This document shows positions 10,943 through 25,491 of a stretch of 64,000 nucleotides of DNA, one piece after another; the stretch's first letter is position 1, and each line of letters starts with the position of its first letter. Made by a program: the position numbers and the translations under genes. The DNA comes from Eledone cirrhosa. Lineage: Eukaryota. The notes beneath the pieces were generated by a model. The model made no database searches and had not been told where the DNA came from. It was given only the letters and a program-made list of their open reading frames with translations. Where the stretch lies: positions 86,614,001 through 86,678,000 of the forward strand of contig OZ024745.1 in the NCBI GenBank assembly GCA_964016885.1, given 5' to 3'.

Positions 10943-13190
10943 ATGGAATTTTTTAAGATCTCTTCATCTCTCAAGGATGTACCTTTACCTACCAATAAGG
11001 AATATTTAAAACAGCTAATAGAAAAATCTGATTCTTTTATAAGGAGATTCAGATGGCGCAGCTTTCCATTTTGAAAAGAAATCAGAAAGTGAAAAAAAAA
11101 AAATCTAAATATAACTTTAATCTTATATTTAAATCCAGGAAAAATCCACCTTTCAACTATCTATTAGCTGAATTTGAAAATGAAATAATCTCCATAATAC
11201 AGAATGTTAAATTTAAAAGGAACCAATATAAAGGCCAGGAATACACCAAAGGCCTCAAAAGCAAAATAGACAACCTGAAAAAAACAAAGAAGATCCTCAT
11301 AAAATCCGACAAAACTAATAATTTATACTAAATAGAATAGGATGATTATAATAATTTAATATTGAAAGAACTTAGGAAGAATTATAAAAAAACCTCTAAT
11401 GAAGATCTATCAACCCTAAATAAAGAAGCTTCGGAAATTATTTACAAATTATGTATTCAAAATAAGACTGAACCTTTCATACCAAGGAAACCGAAGATAA
11501 ATATGAAGGACCATAAAAGAAATTTCGAAGTGGAACTACCAATCAGACTTATTGCACCAGCTAAATCTGATTTAGGCATAATTAGCAAGTATATACTCGA
11601 TAGGATCATACCAGTACTTAAGCACAAATCACACCTTTAACTCTGGAACGGTACAAATGAAGTAATATATTGGTTTGCAGATATTAAATTAAAACATAGG
11701 AAAAAACTTATACAAATGGATATTGCTAATTACTACTCCTCAATTACCCCTAACTTACTTAATAAGGCACTTATTTACACTTCAAAATATACTGACTTAT
11801 CTAGTGATGAAATTAATATCATTTTAACCGCACGCAAAACCCTAATTGAATTTAATAATCATCTCTGGACAAGGGCTGATAGACAGAACAATTTTGATAT
11901 CACTATGGGATCATCTGACTCAGCTCAAGTAACGGACCTCGTTGGAATATTTATTCTTAATGTACTACATAGAAAAATGCCAGAGATGGCCGGAGGTTTA
12001 TATCACGACGATATGTTACTTATAGTTGATAACTATAGCAATAGTGAACTTAGTAGGAAAAAGAAAATTATCTTAGAATTCTTCAATAATTATAACCTTA
12101 AATTGGAAATTGAGAATAATAATAAAACTGTTAACTTCTTAGATGTCACTTTAAACCTTAGCTCAGGACTGTATCCCCCTTTCCATAAAATTAACGAAAA
12201 CCTAAACTATGTAAGCTTCCGTTCTAACCATCCTAGAAATGTCAAAAATGCTATTGTCAATAGTGTCAAGCAACGAATTTCACGCATTTCAGCCAATAAA
12301 AATATTTTTGATAATAAGGCAGAATATTACAATGATGCTTTACATAGAGCTGGTTACATGAATAAAATTAAATACTTAGATAACAATAACATGCAAAATC
12401 ATCCTAAAATTTACTATAATAATAATAATAAGCAATTTAACATAAATAGTAAATCAAACAAAAGAACTAGAACTAGAAATATTATTTGGTACTCATTAGG
12501 AGTTAAAACACCTGTAGCAAAACTATTTTTCAAAGCATTAGATAAGTGTTTTCCTAAATCCCATAAATACCACTCTATTTTTAACAGACATACTATAAAA
12601 CTATCTTATTCTACTACTATGAACATAGCACAAAATATTAATAGAGTTAATAATAGAAACTTAAATTTAAACCCAACCCAAATAAACCAAAATAACAATA
12701 TTAATATTACTAATAACAGTATTAATACTAATAATAATCGTACCATTCCTATAGACAACAACTCTAGAAAATGTAACTGTAGAAACGAATTAAATTTCCC
12801 TTTACAGAATAGATAAAAACTTAGTATATAAATGCACAATAAAAACTAGAGATAAAATATATAACTATATAGGAGCCACTTCTACAAAATTTAATGAACG
12901 CTGGTATAATCACAAACATACATTTAATAGATCGGACAAAACATTTTCAACATCACTTACACATCTAATTTGGTACTTAAAAGACAATAATATCGACTAC
13001 TCAATCTCTTGGGGAAACGATTTCGAAAGTGCCCGCATACCGAAATATGGCTCTCTCAAGAATTTGTCATTTGTGTATTGAGGAAATATTTCATATACTT
13101 ACCAATCAAAACTCTATAAATAAAAAGAAAGAATTATTCAATTCTTGCAAACATCGACAATCTGAGACGTTCAGAAGCATCTATAATCTA
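10943..13190 (+). pseudogene. Penelope-like element (Neptune-type) RT plus GIY-YIG ORF, copy 2, with multiple stops/frameshifts
   Basis: MEFFKISSSLKDVP start, SDKTNNLY, KDHKRNF, MDIANYYSSI, YHDD, NFLDVTL, CNCRNE, YIGATSTKFNERWYNHK, CHLC. Confidence 0.93.
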
Positions 13191-14266
13191 TAGAAAATAT
13201 TATCTATAGCTCACTTGTTTACATCTTATATATCTTCACTATATTTTGATGATGTTTCGTAATGTTTTTAAATGATATTTTTCTAAATGACATCCCTTTT
13301 AAATGATTTTTTAAATGATATTTTGAAATATACCTTTTTGTGATGATTTTAGTGATGTTGCTGAATATACTTTTAATGTCTGTAATATTTCTTCCTAATA
13401 GACTATATAGACATCAATACATATATATGCTTAATATCACTAACATATGCATAAATATAAGGAATGCTATCTAAATACATATATAAAAGAATTTTTATCT
13501 TAGAAAATATGTAATATATGATACTGTAAAATCATATATAAAATAATATATATTTTTTACATATATTTTACATATATCTTAATTAGGATTTTTTTTAAAG
13601 TAAATTCTAGAATTAATCGGTAAATATTAATATCTTAACTAAGAAATATTGGAGTTATCTTTTCCTTTATAATGTAACACGCTTACACATTTCTTCTAAG
13701 TAACAACTAAACTTTATATAAATATTTTTGTATAATTTTCATTGACTTCGCAAATTGTGAATGTAGTCCTATCTTGATGCAAATATTGAATGTACAAAAT
13801 AATCTTCTATAATAAAATAGAACTACTTCCTTTTTCTTAAGTATATATTGAAAATGTAAACAGCAAATTCATCGAAACTATTCACATATAAAAAATATTT
13901 AAATTATCTATCTATTACTAAAAACAACATATATACTCACCAAAATTATTTATATGAATAATTATATAAATAACCTGTTGTAATATAATAAAATAAAATA
14001 TACTTACAACCCTAATTCTTCATAAAATATACTTATAAATATTATCTCTATAATACTAAAACTCAATATTAGAATAGACCCAATAATTAGTAGTATCTCT
14101 CATTTTTTAAGACTTAATATTCTACCACTTCAACACATTTATAATTCTCATATTATATTATAAATACTACCAAAATATATAATCATATAATTAAATAAAT
14201 AAATATAATTATTTCACTCTCTTTACACCATAACTAATACGATCCATACAATTATATATTAATAAT

Positions 14267-14446
14267 TGTTTCTACTTTAGGCACAAGGCCAGCAACTACC
14301 CAGTGCCTCACTGGTACTTTATTTTATCGACCCCGTAAGGATGAAAGGCAAAGTCAACCTCGGCGGGATTTGAACTCAGATCGTAAAGGGACGTAACTAT
14401 GCTAGAAAGCATGGCGTCCGACCCTCTACCGATACTACCAATCCAC
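14267..14446 (-). mobile_element. Meta-type tRNA-SINE in the PLE 3' tail
   Basis: Full reverse-complement match to the family. Confidence 0.88.
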
Positions 14447-14716
14447 AATAATAGTCTATAATATATATTTTTTTCTTATATTCTTCCCTTAAATTTTCTT
14501 AAACCCTAATATTAACCTCTCTCTTCTTCCCTGAAAAAATAACACTAATAATTATTTAAATTTACCTAGCGTCTAAATATAACGATCTTTTTCAACTTTA
14601 CGTTATCCTCATTAACATATTCATCCTAAGATTTGAATTTCTTTCACTATTCAAACAGAACTTAAAACGATGAGTTCTTGTTTTTGAATATGTCACTATC
14701 TATAAAACAACTTTTG

Positions 14717-14780
14717 TATTTTATCTGATGAGGGCGTACCAAAAAAATGTTGGTACCCTTGAAATATATATAATAAAATA
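14717..14780 (+). ncRNA. Type I hammerhead ribozyme (3' pLTR of PLE copy 2)
   Basis: TATTTTAT-CTGATGA-GGGCGTACCAA-aaaaatg-TTGGTACCCTT-GAAA-TATATA-TA-ATAAAATA. Perfect 8-bp stem I; minimal palindromic stem III. Confidence 0.85.
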
Positions 14781-14918
14781 AATATGGTTTTATAAAGATA
14801 GTTTCATTAATATTATTGATATTATACTCCAGAAGAATACTGTAGAGTGCTTCGAATCTGTTATAAATAAATTTGTTGAATAACCAGCAAATTAAATAAC
14901 TCTGCTTATATATCTATC

Positions 14919-14949
<31 letters not shown>

Positions 14950-14967
14950 ATGTATATAAATAAATAA

Positions 14968-15036
<69 letters not shown>

Positions 15037-15828
15037 ATAAGGGTTGACGGACCCAGCATATTTATCAATGCCAGTACCGGTTGTATCTCAGCGCACTCAA
15101 TGGGCAATGTAAGATACATTACCAGAGTATACACATAGTTATTTGCCTCAACACAACACACGTAAAACGGGTGCCTATAAGGTTCTCGGACTCGAGTTTC
15201 TGCCGCACTAATGCAGCAATAAGGTGCACTGCACCATCTGTCTGCATATATTGTGCAACGATGCACAATCGGCTTATGCGGCTTCATCAGCGGGTATCGC
15301 CTAATCAATAACCAATCGATCGGAGGATCCAAACACCGGCCCATGCCGGTCATGACTGTTTGTGACAACCGACACGGTAAAGCGATTAGCAACTGGCAAC
15401 CGATAGGACTCTATCTCTCAACTAGCCACTGATTTACAAATTTTACGTGGGGACGGGAAGCTAAAAAGAATCAATCTATTAGTTCTTGTCAGAAGTTCTC
15501 AGCCAACGTGTCTCACACACAAATTATCAAGGGGTGAAAAGATGGCTATTAGAAATAGCAGTTCACATTGATATAAAATAGAATGGTAGCATTCGGTTCA
15601 TGTCTCCAAGCCCCATGGTTAGAGGAAAGCGATGGTAACAATGGTAGTGCCAAGAACCTTTAACGGACTTTAAATGCGAATATCCATTATATATCAATAT
15701 AGTAGCGAGCTGAAATGTGTCAGCCACGTGCGTAGATAACCAGTCTAATTCACAACTTAAAAGAGTGAGAGACAAAATTAGTAGCAGGAAAAAGGGTGCA
15801 TATCAAAACAAAAACACAATAAAAAGTG

Positions 15829-15871
<43 letters not shown>

Positions 15872-15874
15872 TGT

Positions 15875-16014
15875 ATATCATGTTTAATATAGAAATGGCT
15901 TCTACAGGACTAGAACTGTTTCATTTAAAAGAAATCATCAGGAAAGCCTGATGATTTCTTTTGAACGAAACAGTTATGGTCCCGTAGAAGCCATTTCTAT
16001 ATCAAACATGATAT
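15875..16014. repeat. Fold-back palindrome (~68-bp arms, 4-nt loop) of a hammerhead-containing pLTR piece
   Basis: ATATCATGTTT...ATCATCAGG-aaag-CCTGATGAT...AAACATGATAT. Confidence 0.9.
15897..15948 (-). ncRNA. Type I hammerhead ribozyme
   Basis: Minus strand: GGCTTTC-CTGATGA-TTTCTTTTAAAT-GAA-ACAG-ttctagtc-CTGT-A-GAAGCC. A degenerate relative lies at 34601-34652 (+). Confidence 0.7.
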
Positions 16015-16080
16015 TTACACTTTGCTAATGCATTGAGTACCTTACTTACTGTGTATACTCCCGATTGAACCCGGGACTCA

Positions 16081-16151
<71 letters not shown>

Positions 16152-16618
16152 ACCCACACAGACACCAGACACACACACATACACTCACACAGAGACACAC
16201 AGACACAGACGCACACACACATTCATATATATATACATATAAACATAAACACACTTATACGTTCGTACATAAGTACATATATTAATCGTACTGAGAAAAA
16301 TATGTGCGTTTGTGCATGTAAGCATGTGTGAAATATGTGCGTAAGTCAGAAAGTTTTGATGGAACTGAAACAGATAAACACACGCACACACGGACACACA
16401 CACACAACTCTCTCATCAAATTCGAATTTCGCTCATCGTTTCTAAACACACATTCGTTTGTTTATTTCTCGCTATGTACGATATGTGTAGCTATAGAATA
16501 ACAGAAGAGAAAGTGATGGGCACTTTGTTGTAATGGTAGCTTTACTGCCCGGAAGTCCAAACTTTCAATGACTCTTTAACTCTCTCTCTCTATCTCAAAC
16601 CATTATTATAGACAGTGG

Positions 16619-17153
16619 TTTACGATCTGAGTTCAAATCCCGCTGAGGTTGACTTTGCCTTTCATCCTTACGGGGTCGATAAAATAAAGTACCAGTAATG
16701 CACTGGGTATTTGCTGGCCTTGTTCCTAAAGTAGAAACAATTATGGTTTGGCAGTATCGATAGAGTGTCGGACACAATGCTTCGAGTTTTTTACGTTCTG
16801 AGTTCAAATCTCGCCAAGGTTAGCTTTTCTTTCATCCTTACGGTGGTCGATAAATTAAAGCACCAGTAATGTACTGGGGTCGATGTAATCGCCCCCCCCC
16901 CCCCCAAAAAAAATTGTTAGCCTTGTACTTAAATCAGAAACAATTATAATTAAATAGACAATTTGGGGGGCGGTGGATTGGCAGTATCGGTAGAGGGTCG
17001 GACGCCTTGCTTTGCCGCACAGTTACGTCCCTTTACGGACTGAGTTCAAATCCCGCCGAGGTTAACTTTGCCTTTCATCCTTGCGGGGTCGATAAAATAA
17101 AATACCAGTAATACACTGGAATAATTGCTGACCTTATGCCAAAAGTAGAAACA
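16619..17153 (+). mobile_element. Cluster of three head-to-tail Meta-type SINEs (16619-16740, 16745-16943, 16969-17153)
   Basis: Three family matches; the third is flanked by the duplicated AATTAAATAGACAATT. Confidence 0.88.
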
Positions 17154-17575
17154 ATTAAATAGACAATTAAATGAAAAAGAAAATGTCAGATGTTGACATT
17201 TGTCTAATGAGAAACAGGAACGCTTGGCTGCAGTTTAGAAATGTTTTTGACAGCGTATTTTACATTATTGTGGCAGTGATTTTCAATAGTCGATTCTAGT
17301 GAATGGCAGACTAATGGTTTTGAAGAGTCTAACTAGTTTGTTAAATAATTATGTTTATTTTATTTTACTTTATTTTATTTTATGTATTTATTTAATTATT
17401 TTGCAGTACTGCAAGTAATTCTAAAAATCTTCAATTGATGGGTTTCTGTCTCTTGAAAAATATGGAAGACTATGTACAACATGTCAATGGAGGTTATTTC
17501 AATTATATTGTGAATTTATCCAAGGTGAATTATTTGCAGTTAACGTCACAACAGTCTTTGTTTTTATATTAGCAT

Positions 17576-17860
17576 TTGGCAGAGTCGTTAGAACGTCTGA
17601 TAGAATGCTTTATGGTTTTCGTTTCGGCTCTCTGCTCACTGAGTTTAAATCCTGCCGAAGGCAACTTTGCTTTTCATCCTCTTGAGGTCGATAAAATAAA
17701 GCATCAGTCCAGTACTGGGGTCGATATTTCTGCAGTACTCAGGCTTGGAGAGGGATGGGCACTGCCAGGCTTAAAAAGCCCAAGAAATGCTGTATGTCAA
17801 TATGATGCCAGTACGACTCTATCAGGAGTTACAGCACCATACCATTCCATATCATACCAA
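17576..17860 (+). mobile_element. Older Meta-type SINE subfamily with a different 3' tail; relative at ~50040-50350
   Basis: TGGCAGAGTCGTTAG...GAGTTTAAATCC...TTTCATCCTCTTGAGGTCGATAAAATAAAG, then CCAGGCTTAAAAAGCCCAAGAAA, shared with ~50268-50292. Confidence 0.7.
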
Positions 17861-18145
17861 AGGAATATATTTATTTAAATACATAAACGTCTCGCCACCC
17901 CCAACCACAGGTATACATATGTATATTACCATGTTATCGTAATGAGGAAGGCTTTTGTGTTGGGGTTTTTATGAGGAAAGGGGTGGTACTCATGATATTG
18001 TGAGATATCTGAGACCAATGACATAGACCCCGTTAACGTTTCTCTTTAATATTTGCAAGTTTCAGACTACAGGGATAATATGGACGATTCCAGGGTGGTA
18101 ACGTGAGGAAAGATGGGACGGACACACGGTTATTGAGAACTACTT

Positions 18146-18317
18146 TAGTAGTAGTAGCAGCACTAGCAGTAGCAGTACTAGTTGTAGTCGTAGCATTAGT
18201 GGTAGTAGTAGTAGTAGCAGCAGTAGTAGTAGTAGTAGCAGCAGCAGCAATAGTAGTAGCAGCAGCAGCAGTAGTAGTAGTAGTAGCAGCAGTAATAATA
18301 GTAGTAGTAGTAGCAAC

Positions 18318-18352
<35 letters not shown>

Positions 18353-18626
18353 CTGCAGCAGCAGTAGTAGTACTAGTAGTAGCATTAGTAGTAGTAGTAG
18401 CGTTAGTGGTAGTAGCAGCAGTAGTAGTAGTAGCAGTAGTAGTAGTAGCAGCAGTAGTAGTAATAGTAGTACTAATAGTAGTAGTAGCAGCAATAATAGT
18501 AGTAGTAGCAGCTGTAGTACTGCTACTACTAGTAGTAGTAATAGCAACAACAGTAGTACTAGTAGAGTAGTAGCAGCAGTAGTAGTAGCCGTAGTAGTAG
18601 TAGTAGTAGTAGTTAGTAGTAGTAGT

Positions 18627-18665
<39 letters not shown>

Positions 18666-18680
18666 CAGCAGCAGCAGCAG
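18146..18680. repeat. (TAG)/(CAG) trinucleotide microsatellite
   Basis: Direct inspection; source of the poly-V/A and poly-L ORFs. Confidence 0.95.
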
Positions 18681-18690
18681 AGGTAATAAG

Positions 18691-19021
18691 TGTTTCTACT
18701 TTTGGCACAAGGCCAGCAATTACCCCAGCGCATTACTGGTGCTTATTTTATCGACTCCGTAAGGATGAACGGCAAAGTTAATCTCGGTGGGATTTGAACT
18801 CAGAACGCAAAGGGCTATAACTCTGTGCTGTAAAGCATGGTGTCTGAAGCTCTCCCGATACTGCCAATCCACCACCTGAATAAATGTTTCTACTTTTGGC
18901 ACAATGGCAGCAATTACCCCAGTGCATTACTGGTGCTTTATTTTATCGATCCCGTAAGGATGAAAAGCAAAGTTAACCTCGGCGGGATTTGAACTCAGAA
19001 CGTAAAGGGCCATAACTCTAT
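18691..19021 (-). mobile_element. Two tandem Meta-type SINEs (18691-18874, 18886-19021)
   Basis: Family matches. A 118-bp tandem duplication (~18988-19105 / ~19106-19223) overlaps the end of the second copy. Confidence 0.85.
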
Positions 19022-19555
19022 AGTAGTACTAGTAGAAGAAAAGAGGCAGTATGTTGAACGAATTTTTACAAGTCAACCAGGTGGCCTTTTATTGGATATG
19101 GTGGATTGAACTCAGAACGTAAAGGGCCATAACTCTACAGTAGTACTAGTAGAAGAAAAGAGGCAGTATGTTGAACGAATTTCTACAAGTCAACCAAGTG
19201 GCCTTTTATTGGATACGGTGGAGATTGTTCGTATGTGTAGCAATTGCATGACTCTAGATGTGAGAACAACCCACTGTGAAGGGTTAGTAATTGTATCGGC
19301 TGAAATATATTCTAGCTCTAAAAATGGCATACTGAATTTATTCAAAAGCAAAAAACAAACCTTATTTAGTAAGAAAAAAAGGGGGAAACAAAAGGAAAGA
19401 AAGAATAGGGAAAAATTGAAAAAAAGAAAAGAGAGAAAGAAAGAAGAAAAAGAACGGGAAAGGGAGGGGATGGCAAGAGCTGTGGTGTCGCAGAAGAGAG
19501 GGGTTGAAGGGGGAGGGTGATCGGGTTTTGGGCCTAGGTCAAGGGCGAAGGAGTG

Positions 19556-19740
19556 CTGTGCGGACAAGACGGCAAAAGCATTCCCCCAGACGATGGCCAG
19601 TGACACCCGCTGCAACAGCCACCCAACCTCACGGGGCTCCCTCCTCAGACGGGCCGCCGACGCTCCGATCTTGAGGAGGAGGTCGGCAGTACGGGGTCCA
19701 AGTACGCCTGTGGTCTTGACGTCGACCGGGGCGAAGATAG
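19556..19740 (-). mobile_element. CRE-like (restriction-like endonuclease) non-LTR retrotransposon 3' fragment
   Basis: FAPVDVKTTGVLGP...REPREVGWLLQRVSLAIVWGNAFAVL resembles the 'P.AVET.G..G...QR.S.AIQRGNA' C-terminus of CRE-clade elements. Confidence 0.7.
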
Positions 19741-20151
19741 TGACTTTGTTATGTTGAAGGTAGCATTTATGGCGACGACTATGACAATTTTAGTTGCTAG
19801 TTTGTTAATACGTCAGTGTGGGACTACGATATTGTTTGTGTTATGTGTAGGGGCTTTGGGTTTTCTGTTTGCCTTGTTGAAAAAATCCCCCCAAAAAGCA
19901 AAACAAGATTAAAATGACTATGGAAGATATATTCACGGTTTTTGAACCAATCGGAAGCATTTTTCTACCTGGCATGTGTATGTACAGGTAAACCTGGATG
20001 GAAGATCTGAAAAAAGATAGTTTTAGTAAGTTTTATCTAGTGTGTGCAGTGTGGAACTGAATGTAAATGAGGCAGAACATATGAAGGTTATCTCCGCGAG
20101 AGAATTGCTTACAGAACCGTCGTCAATGCTGCAAAGTGAAGTGAAGGAGGT

Positions 20152-20270
20152 TTTCTTCTTCTTCTTCTTCTTCTTCTTCTTCGTCGTCGTCGCCCACTTA
20201 CTCCTGAGCGGGTCGTTGGAGGAGCAGAGTTCTCAAAAACTCCTTCCAGCGGGTCCTGTCAAAAGATTTC
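20152..20270 (-). mobile_element. RTE-type LINE extreme 3' end with (GAC)(GAA)n tail
   Basis: Minus strand reads DRTRWKEFLRTL..., similar to 31383-31420, followed by a trinucleotide tail. Confidence 0.65.
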
Positions 20271-21399
20271 TCAAAGTTGTTGAGCTGTAGTGACGGGCAA
20301 AAACTCCCACCGAATGTTAGGAGAGGGTCATTTTCAGTAGACTTATGTGGTCGTGTAGTGGTTAGTTGTAATATAACTTGCTATAAATATGAACAAATCT
20401 TCCTCAAATTACTCTCCGCTCTTTTAAAATGGAAGGCTACATTGAACAATGTGATAATTGATATATACAGAGATTGCAGAATAAGTCACATCTGGAACGC
20501 CTTTAACATAGATGTGCTTTATCAGAGCTGACCTACGTCTAAATAACAAGATCAACAACATCACATTATATAACTTTATCCGTATACCATCGAACCATTA
20601 ACAGCACCATAACACCACACATGCACTTTGCATATCAGCAAACATTCACACCCAAGAACTACATAACGTTACTCATTTATATATCTACACAATCATGCCA
20701 ACACATAACCATACCGCTACATTACATCTTCAAGATTACACTTTTGCACTTGCTTTCACACGATCACATTATATGTCACTCACATACGGCTACACCTCAA
20801 TACTACTAATCATAAGAAATTCCATACAATTGAAGTACAGCACACCTGCCTTCTAGCAATTGAAGCTAGATAATAACCTATACTAAAATACTAATGGACA
20901 TTAAAGAACTGTCCATTTTTCGTTTCATTCTTTCATATAGTCTTTGCTTTTTAGTTCTTTATGGTCAACTATTTTTCTTGATGCTTTCTACGGCTAAAGT
21001 TGGCTTCTTCCTAATACAATCTTCTTGTAAATCCAAAAATAAATAAAAATTTCTGCAAATAGCAACTTTCAATGGACTGTAAATTTGGTCGTCCTCGCTT
21101 CTTGTTGTTGTTGTTGTTGTTGTTGTTGCTCGTGGCTGTTGTCATTGTCTGTTATAGTCTGTGTGTTGGTTTACACACACACACGCACATATATACACAT
21201 ACATATACACACACATACAGGCACGTGCGCGCTGGTTTACACACACTTGCATATATATATGTATACGTATATATTTACGTATATATATGTATACGAATAT
21301 ACATATATGTATACGTATCTATGTATACGTATATATATATATATGTAGGAGGTGAGTTTTATTGTAGTACAATAAAGCAATGCAGATAAGAAGCACTCT

Positions 21400-23548
21400 A
21401 CAGTTTGTAGGACTGGAGTATACATAATATATAAGAACAGAAATCTCAAGATTGTAAATCTCAAGAACACAATTTCTAACCTAAATTCCTCAAAAAATGT
21501 TTTAGTCCACTCCGACAAAACCAATAACTTATATGGTATTTCCAAGGATAATTATAACAACCTTATCCTAAAGGAACTTAGGAAAAAATATCGTAAAACC
21601 AACCATGAAAATTTAGAATACATAAACCTTGAAGCCTCTGAGATTATGTCAAAACTTGGCATTGAAAAAAAGACCGAACCATTCCTCCCAAGAACTCCGA
21701 GGATAAATCTCAAGGATCACAAAAACAATTTTCGCACTGAACTACCTGTTAGATTCATCGCCCCCTCTAAATCTGATCTGGTGGTTGTTAGTAAAGCCAT
21801 CTTGGATAGAATTATCCCACAGGTTCGTTCTAATTGCTCTTCTTTGAACCTAAATTTATGGTTTGGTACTTCTGAAGTGATTGGCTGGTTTAACAAATTG
21901 AATAATAAAAACAAACTAAAATTTATACAATTTGATATTGCCAGCTACTATTCCTCCATTTCGCCTTCACTTCTCAATAATGCTCTATCTTTCGCACTTA
22001 AATATTCTGACATCACCACAGATGAACTTCACATCATTCTCACCGCACGTAAAACCATCCTAGAGTTCAACAACGAATATTGGACCAGAGCCGATACCTC
22101 TAACAACTTCAACATCACAATGGGAGCATCCGATTCATCCCAATTGACTGATTTAATTGGTATCTTTATTTTGAACTCTTTGAGTCGGAAAATTCCTCAA
22201 CTTCGCGGTGGAATTTATCGTGACGATGGACTCTTTACTATCTTAAATTGCAATATTGTTAACCTTAATATTATTAAGAACAATATACGTAATCTCTTTA
22301 ACCAACATAACCTAAAAATTGAATTTGATAACAGTATCAAACTAGCTAATTTCTTGGATGTATCTCTTAATCTTGACACTGGCCTATATTACCCTTACCA
22401 TAAAAACAATGAGAACCTAAATTATGTTAACTTTAAATCTAACCATCCTACTAATATCAAGAATGCTATAGTTAGTAATATTGGAAAAAGAATATCTAAC
22501 CTATCTTCTAATAAAAAACATCTTTGATGCTAACGCCAATTACTATAATAACGCACTTTCTAAAGCCGGCTATCCTGATAAAATCAAATATAGTAAAGAA
22601 ACAAATTCTAGAAGAACTTACAGTAGAATAATTAATCATGATCATTCCAATAACTTTAATAAAAGATCTAGATACAAAAACATAATCTGGTATAATGTTC
22701 CTTTCTCCATCTCTATTAATAACAATATTCCGAAATTATTCTTTAGTGCCTTAAATAAATGCTTCCCTCCCTCATATATCTATAGTAAAATATTTAACAA
22801 ACACACCATAAAATTTTCTTATTCTACATCCTCCAATATTTCCAACATTATCTCTAAACACAACAATAAAATACTAAATACTAAATCTCTTCATTCCAAC
22901 ACTGAATTTCATAATAATAGTAATAGTACTCCCGACGTCATTGTAAACCCTAGGCTAATTTCTGCAAACCCAAATACAACGTCAAACACAACTTCGCTAA
23001 ATGTTCATAATCCAACTCTAAATCAAGAAAGTATTATTCCTATCGCAAACAACTTCTCCAATCCAATTCCTTCTATAGATAATACTAGGTCACTCATTAA
23101 TAATCTCTCTAATTGCAATTGCAATTGCCCTATTAAAAATAAATGTCCTCTCAACAACCATTGTCTTGATAAAAACTTAATTTATGAATGTAAAGTTATA
23201 ACTAACACCAATTCCTTCACCTATTTTGGCTCCACTTCCACCTCTTTTAAAGCTCGTCTCTATAATCATCATTCATCTTTTAAATACAAACTTAAAAGAA
23301 CCAACACGGCTCTCTCAGAACTCATATGGTCCTTGAAAGACAAAAACATTAAATATACCATCTTTTGGAAGAAGGTTTCTTCTGCGTCTTCATACTTGAA
23401 CAGTTCTATATCTAAAATCTGCAATCTCTGCCTAAATGAAAAATTTACCATTATCTCTAATCTAGATTCTATAATAAATAGACGAACTGATTTGTTTTCT
23501 ATCTGCTTGCATAAATTCCATAAAACATTTCACAAAGTATACAGCTAA
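21400..23548 (+). pseudogene. Penelope-like element (Neptune-type) RT plus GIY-YIG, copy 3; 5' truncated, one frameshift
   Basis: SDKTNNLY, KDHKNNF, FDIASYYSSI, GIYRDDG, NFLDVSL, CNCNCPIKNKCPLNNHCL, IYEC...YFGST...FKARLYNH, CNLCLNEK. Frameshift in an A-run near 22515. Confidence 0.93.
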
Positions 23549-24483
23549 TATTCAATTCTTTATCAATTTAGAATCTTTTTCTCAAAGGCACATATACATA
23601 CACCTCTTTTAAAATATACCCATCTTCCTACCTTATTTCAAAGGGTATTATACACTCTATAATACTTGTTTACTCATTACCCTTACTCTATTTTCACCTT
23701 GTAAAATCCTTCGTAAATATACATTTGTTTTGACGCCAGATTATTCATCCTTAATTCATTATTTTTTTCTCCTTATCATCTAACTGTGTGGTTACTAATA
23801 TATATATATATATATATTAGTAACCACACAGCTCCTTTCGTTTCATATCATTTTGTATTTGCGGCTGTGACCCTACCTGTCTTGGTCGATGTGTTCCCTC
23901 CACACTTTCGCATCGACCCTCCCCTTCTCTCTTCCCTTCTCCTCCTCACTTTTGGTTGCTCGTGTCTCTCTCTCACTTTCTCCTGTATATGTGAGAGGCA
24001 GCACGATTATACCAGCTCTGAGTCGTAGCTGACCACCAGGCTAAAGTCTCCAAGGCTGGCCACAACTTACTTTCCCTATTTTTCCACGGTTACTCATTTG
24101 AATGTTTCTTTCACCTGTGTCTTCCCACGATGGGACCTGTTCACTTTTTTTCTCCTATTCCTTTTCTATTTTTTCTCCCTTTTCCCTTCTCCCTTTCTTC
24201 CTCTCTCCTCATCTTCCCCCCTCTATTCTTCCTCTTTTCCCTCTCTTTTCTTTTCTCCCCTTTTTTCTCTCTTCTCTCTCCTTTCCCTCCTGTCCTTTTG
24301 ATTAATAAAAGGCCTCTCGGGCGTTCCCGAACTCCACCGATGTTTCAGCGCCGAAACATCGTATCGGGAAACATTTACAGCTTATTTTATTTGGCTTGTT
24401 TGGCTTGCCTCGTCTTTTTGGCTTAGGTGGTTGATGGCTTCTTGACCGCCATCTCAGTTTGTTTGGCCTTTATAACTTATGTT

Positions 24484-24523
<40 letters not shown>

Positions 24524-25322
24524 TCTAACATACGTCTGCTTCAGATTCTGATACATTCACACACGCGGGCACACCCTGTTTTGATATTGTTATCGTTCTT
24601 GTTACTGTTTGTTATTTTGGTCTTTACGATATTGATATTGATGTTGTTGTTGTTGTTGTTTCTTCTATTTATATTTGTTGTTATTGCCTCCTTTAGTGTT
24701 ATTCCTGTTCAGAAACACAATAAATGTGTTCTTTCTTAGTTTTCTACTTAGTTTCATTATTTATATATTTGTCATTATTTTTTTTTATTTTTGAATTGAT
24801 ATTCGACCATCTATAATATTTAATCAATAGCAAGAAGAAAGAAACTTTGAAATATAGAAGACAATTCAAAGACTATTGGAAGAATAGTTGGTTATTCTGA
24901 GATGAGGTGAAAAGCCATAAAACAAACAAAGGAAACTAAAATTCGAGAAAAACACGGGTTAAAATCTAAACAATTCATATAATAAAAATATATAAATCTT
25001 GCCTCGCAGTCATCCTAACGTGACGAACATATATTATCGAATGCTGATGGTCGATTTGTTTAGCCTGTTATCCTCACCATCTTAATATATCATCTTCACC
25101 TTCATGATCATCATCGTCGTTGTCGTAATCGGCATAGTCGTCGTCGTCGTCATTGTCGTCGTCGTCGTCGACGTTTCTGTTGACGAGATCATGTTGACCA
25201 CCAGCAGCAAGAAAAAAAATGCGTTAATGGTTTTATTTGCATTCTGTCATAAATATATGTATAGTAAAATATCAGCCTGTATCATTTTTCACCTCGTGAG
25301 TATATTATAGTATTATGTTATG

Positions 25323-25385
<63 letters not shown>

Positions 25386-25435
25386 CATATACATATATAC
25401 ATATATTTACATATATATATTTACATATATATATT

Positions 25436-25491
<56 letters not shown>

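Noticed and set aside
18103-18570. Poly-Val/Ala and poly-Leu ORFs resembling membrane proteins
   Set aside because: Translations of a (TAG/CAG)n microsatellite.
19150-20150. Possible host exons (KRQYVERISTSQPSG..., MCSVELNVNEAEH...)
   Set aside because: No recognisable homology or consistent splice structure; interrupted by LINE fragments.
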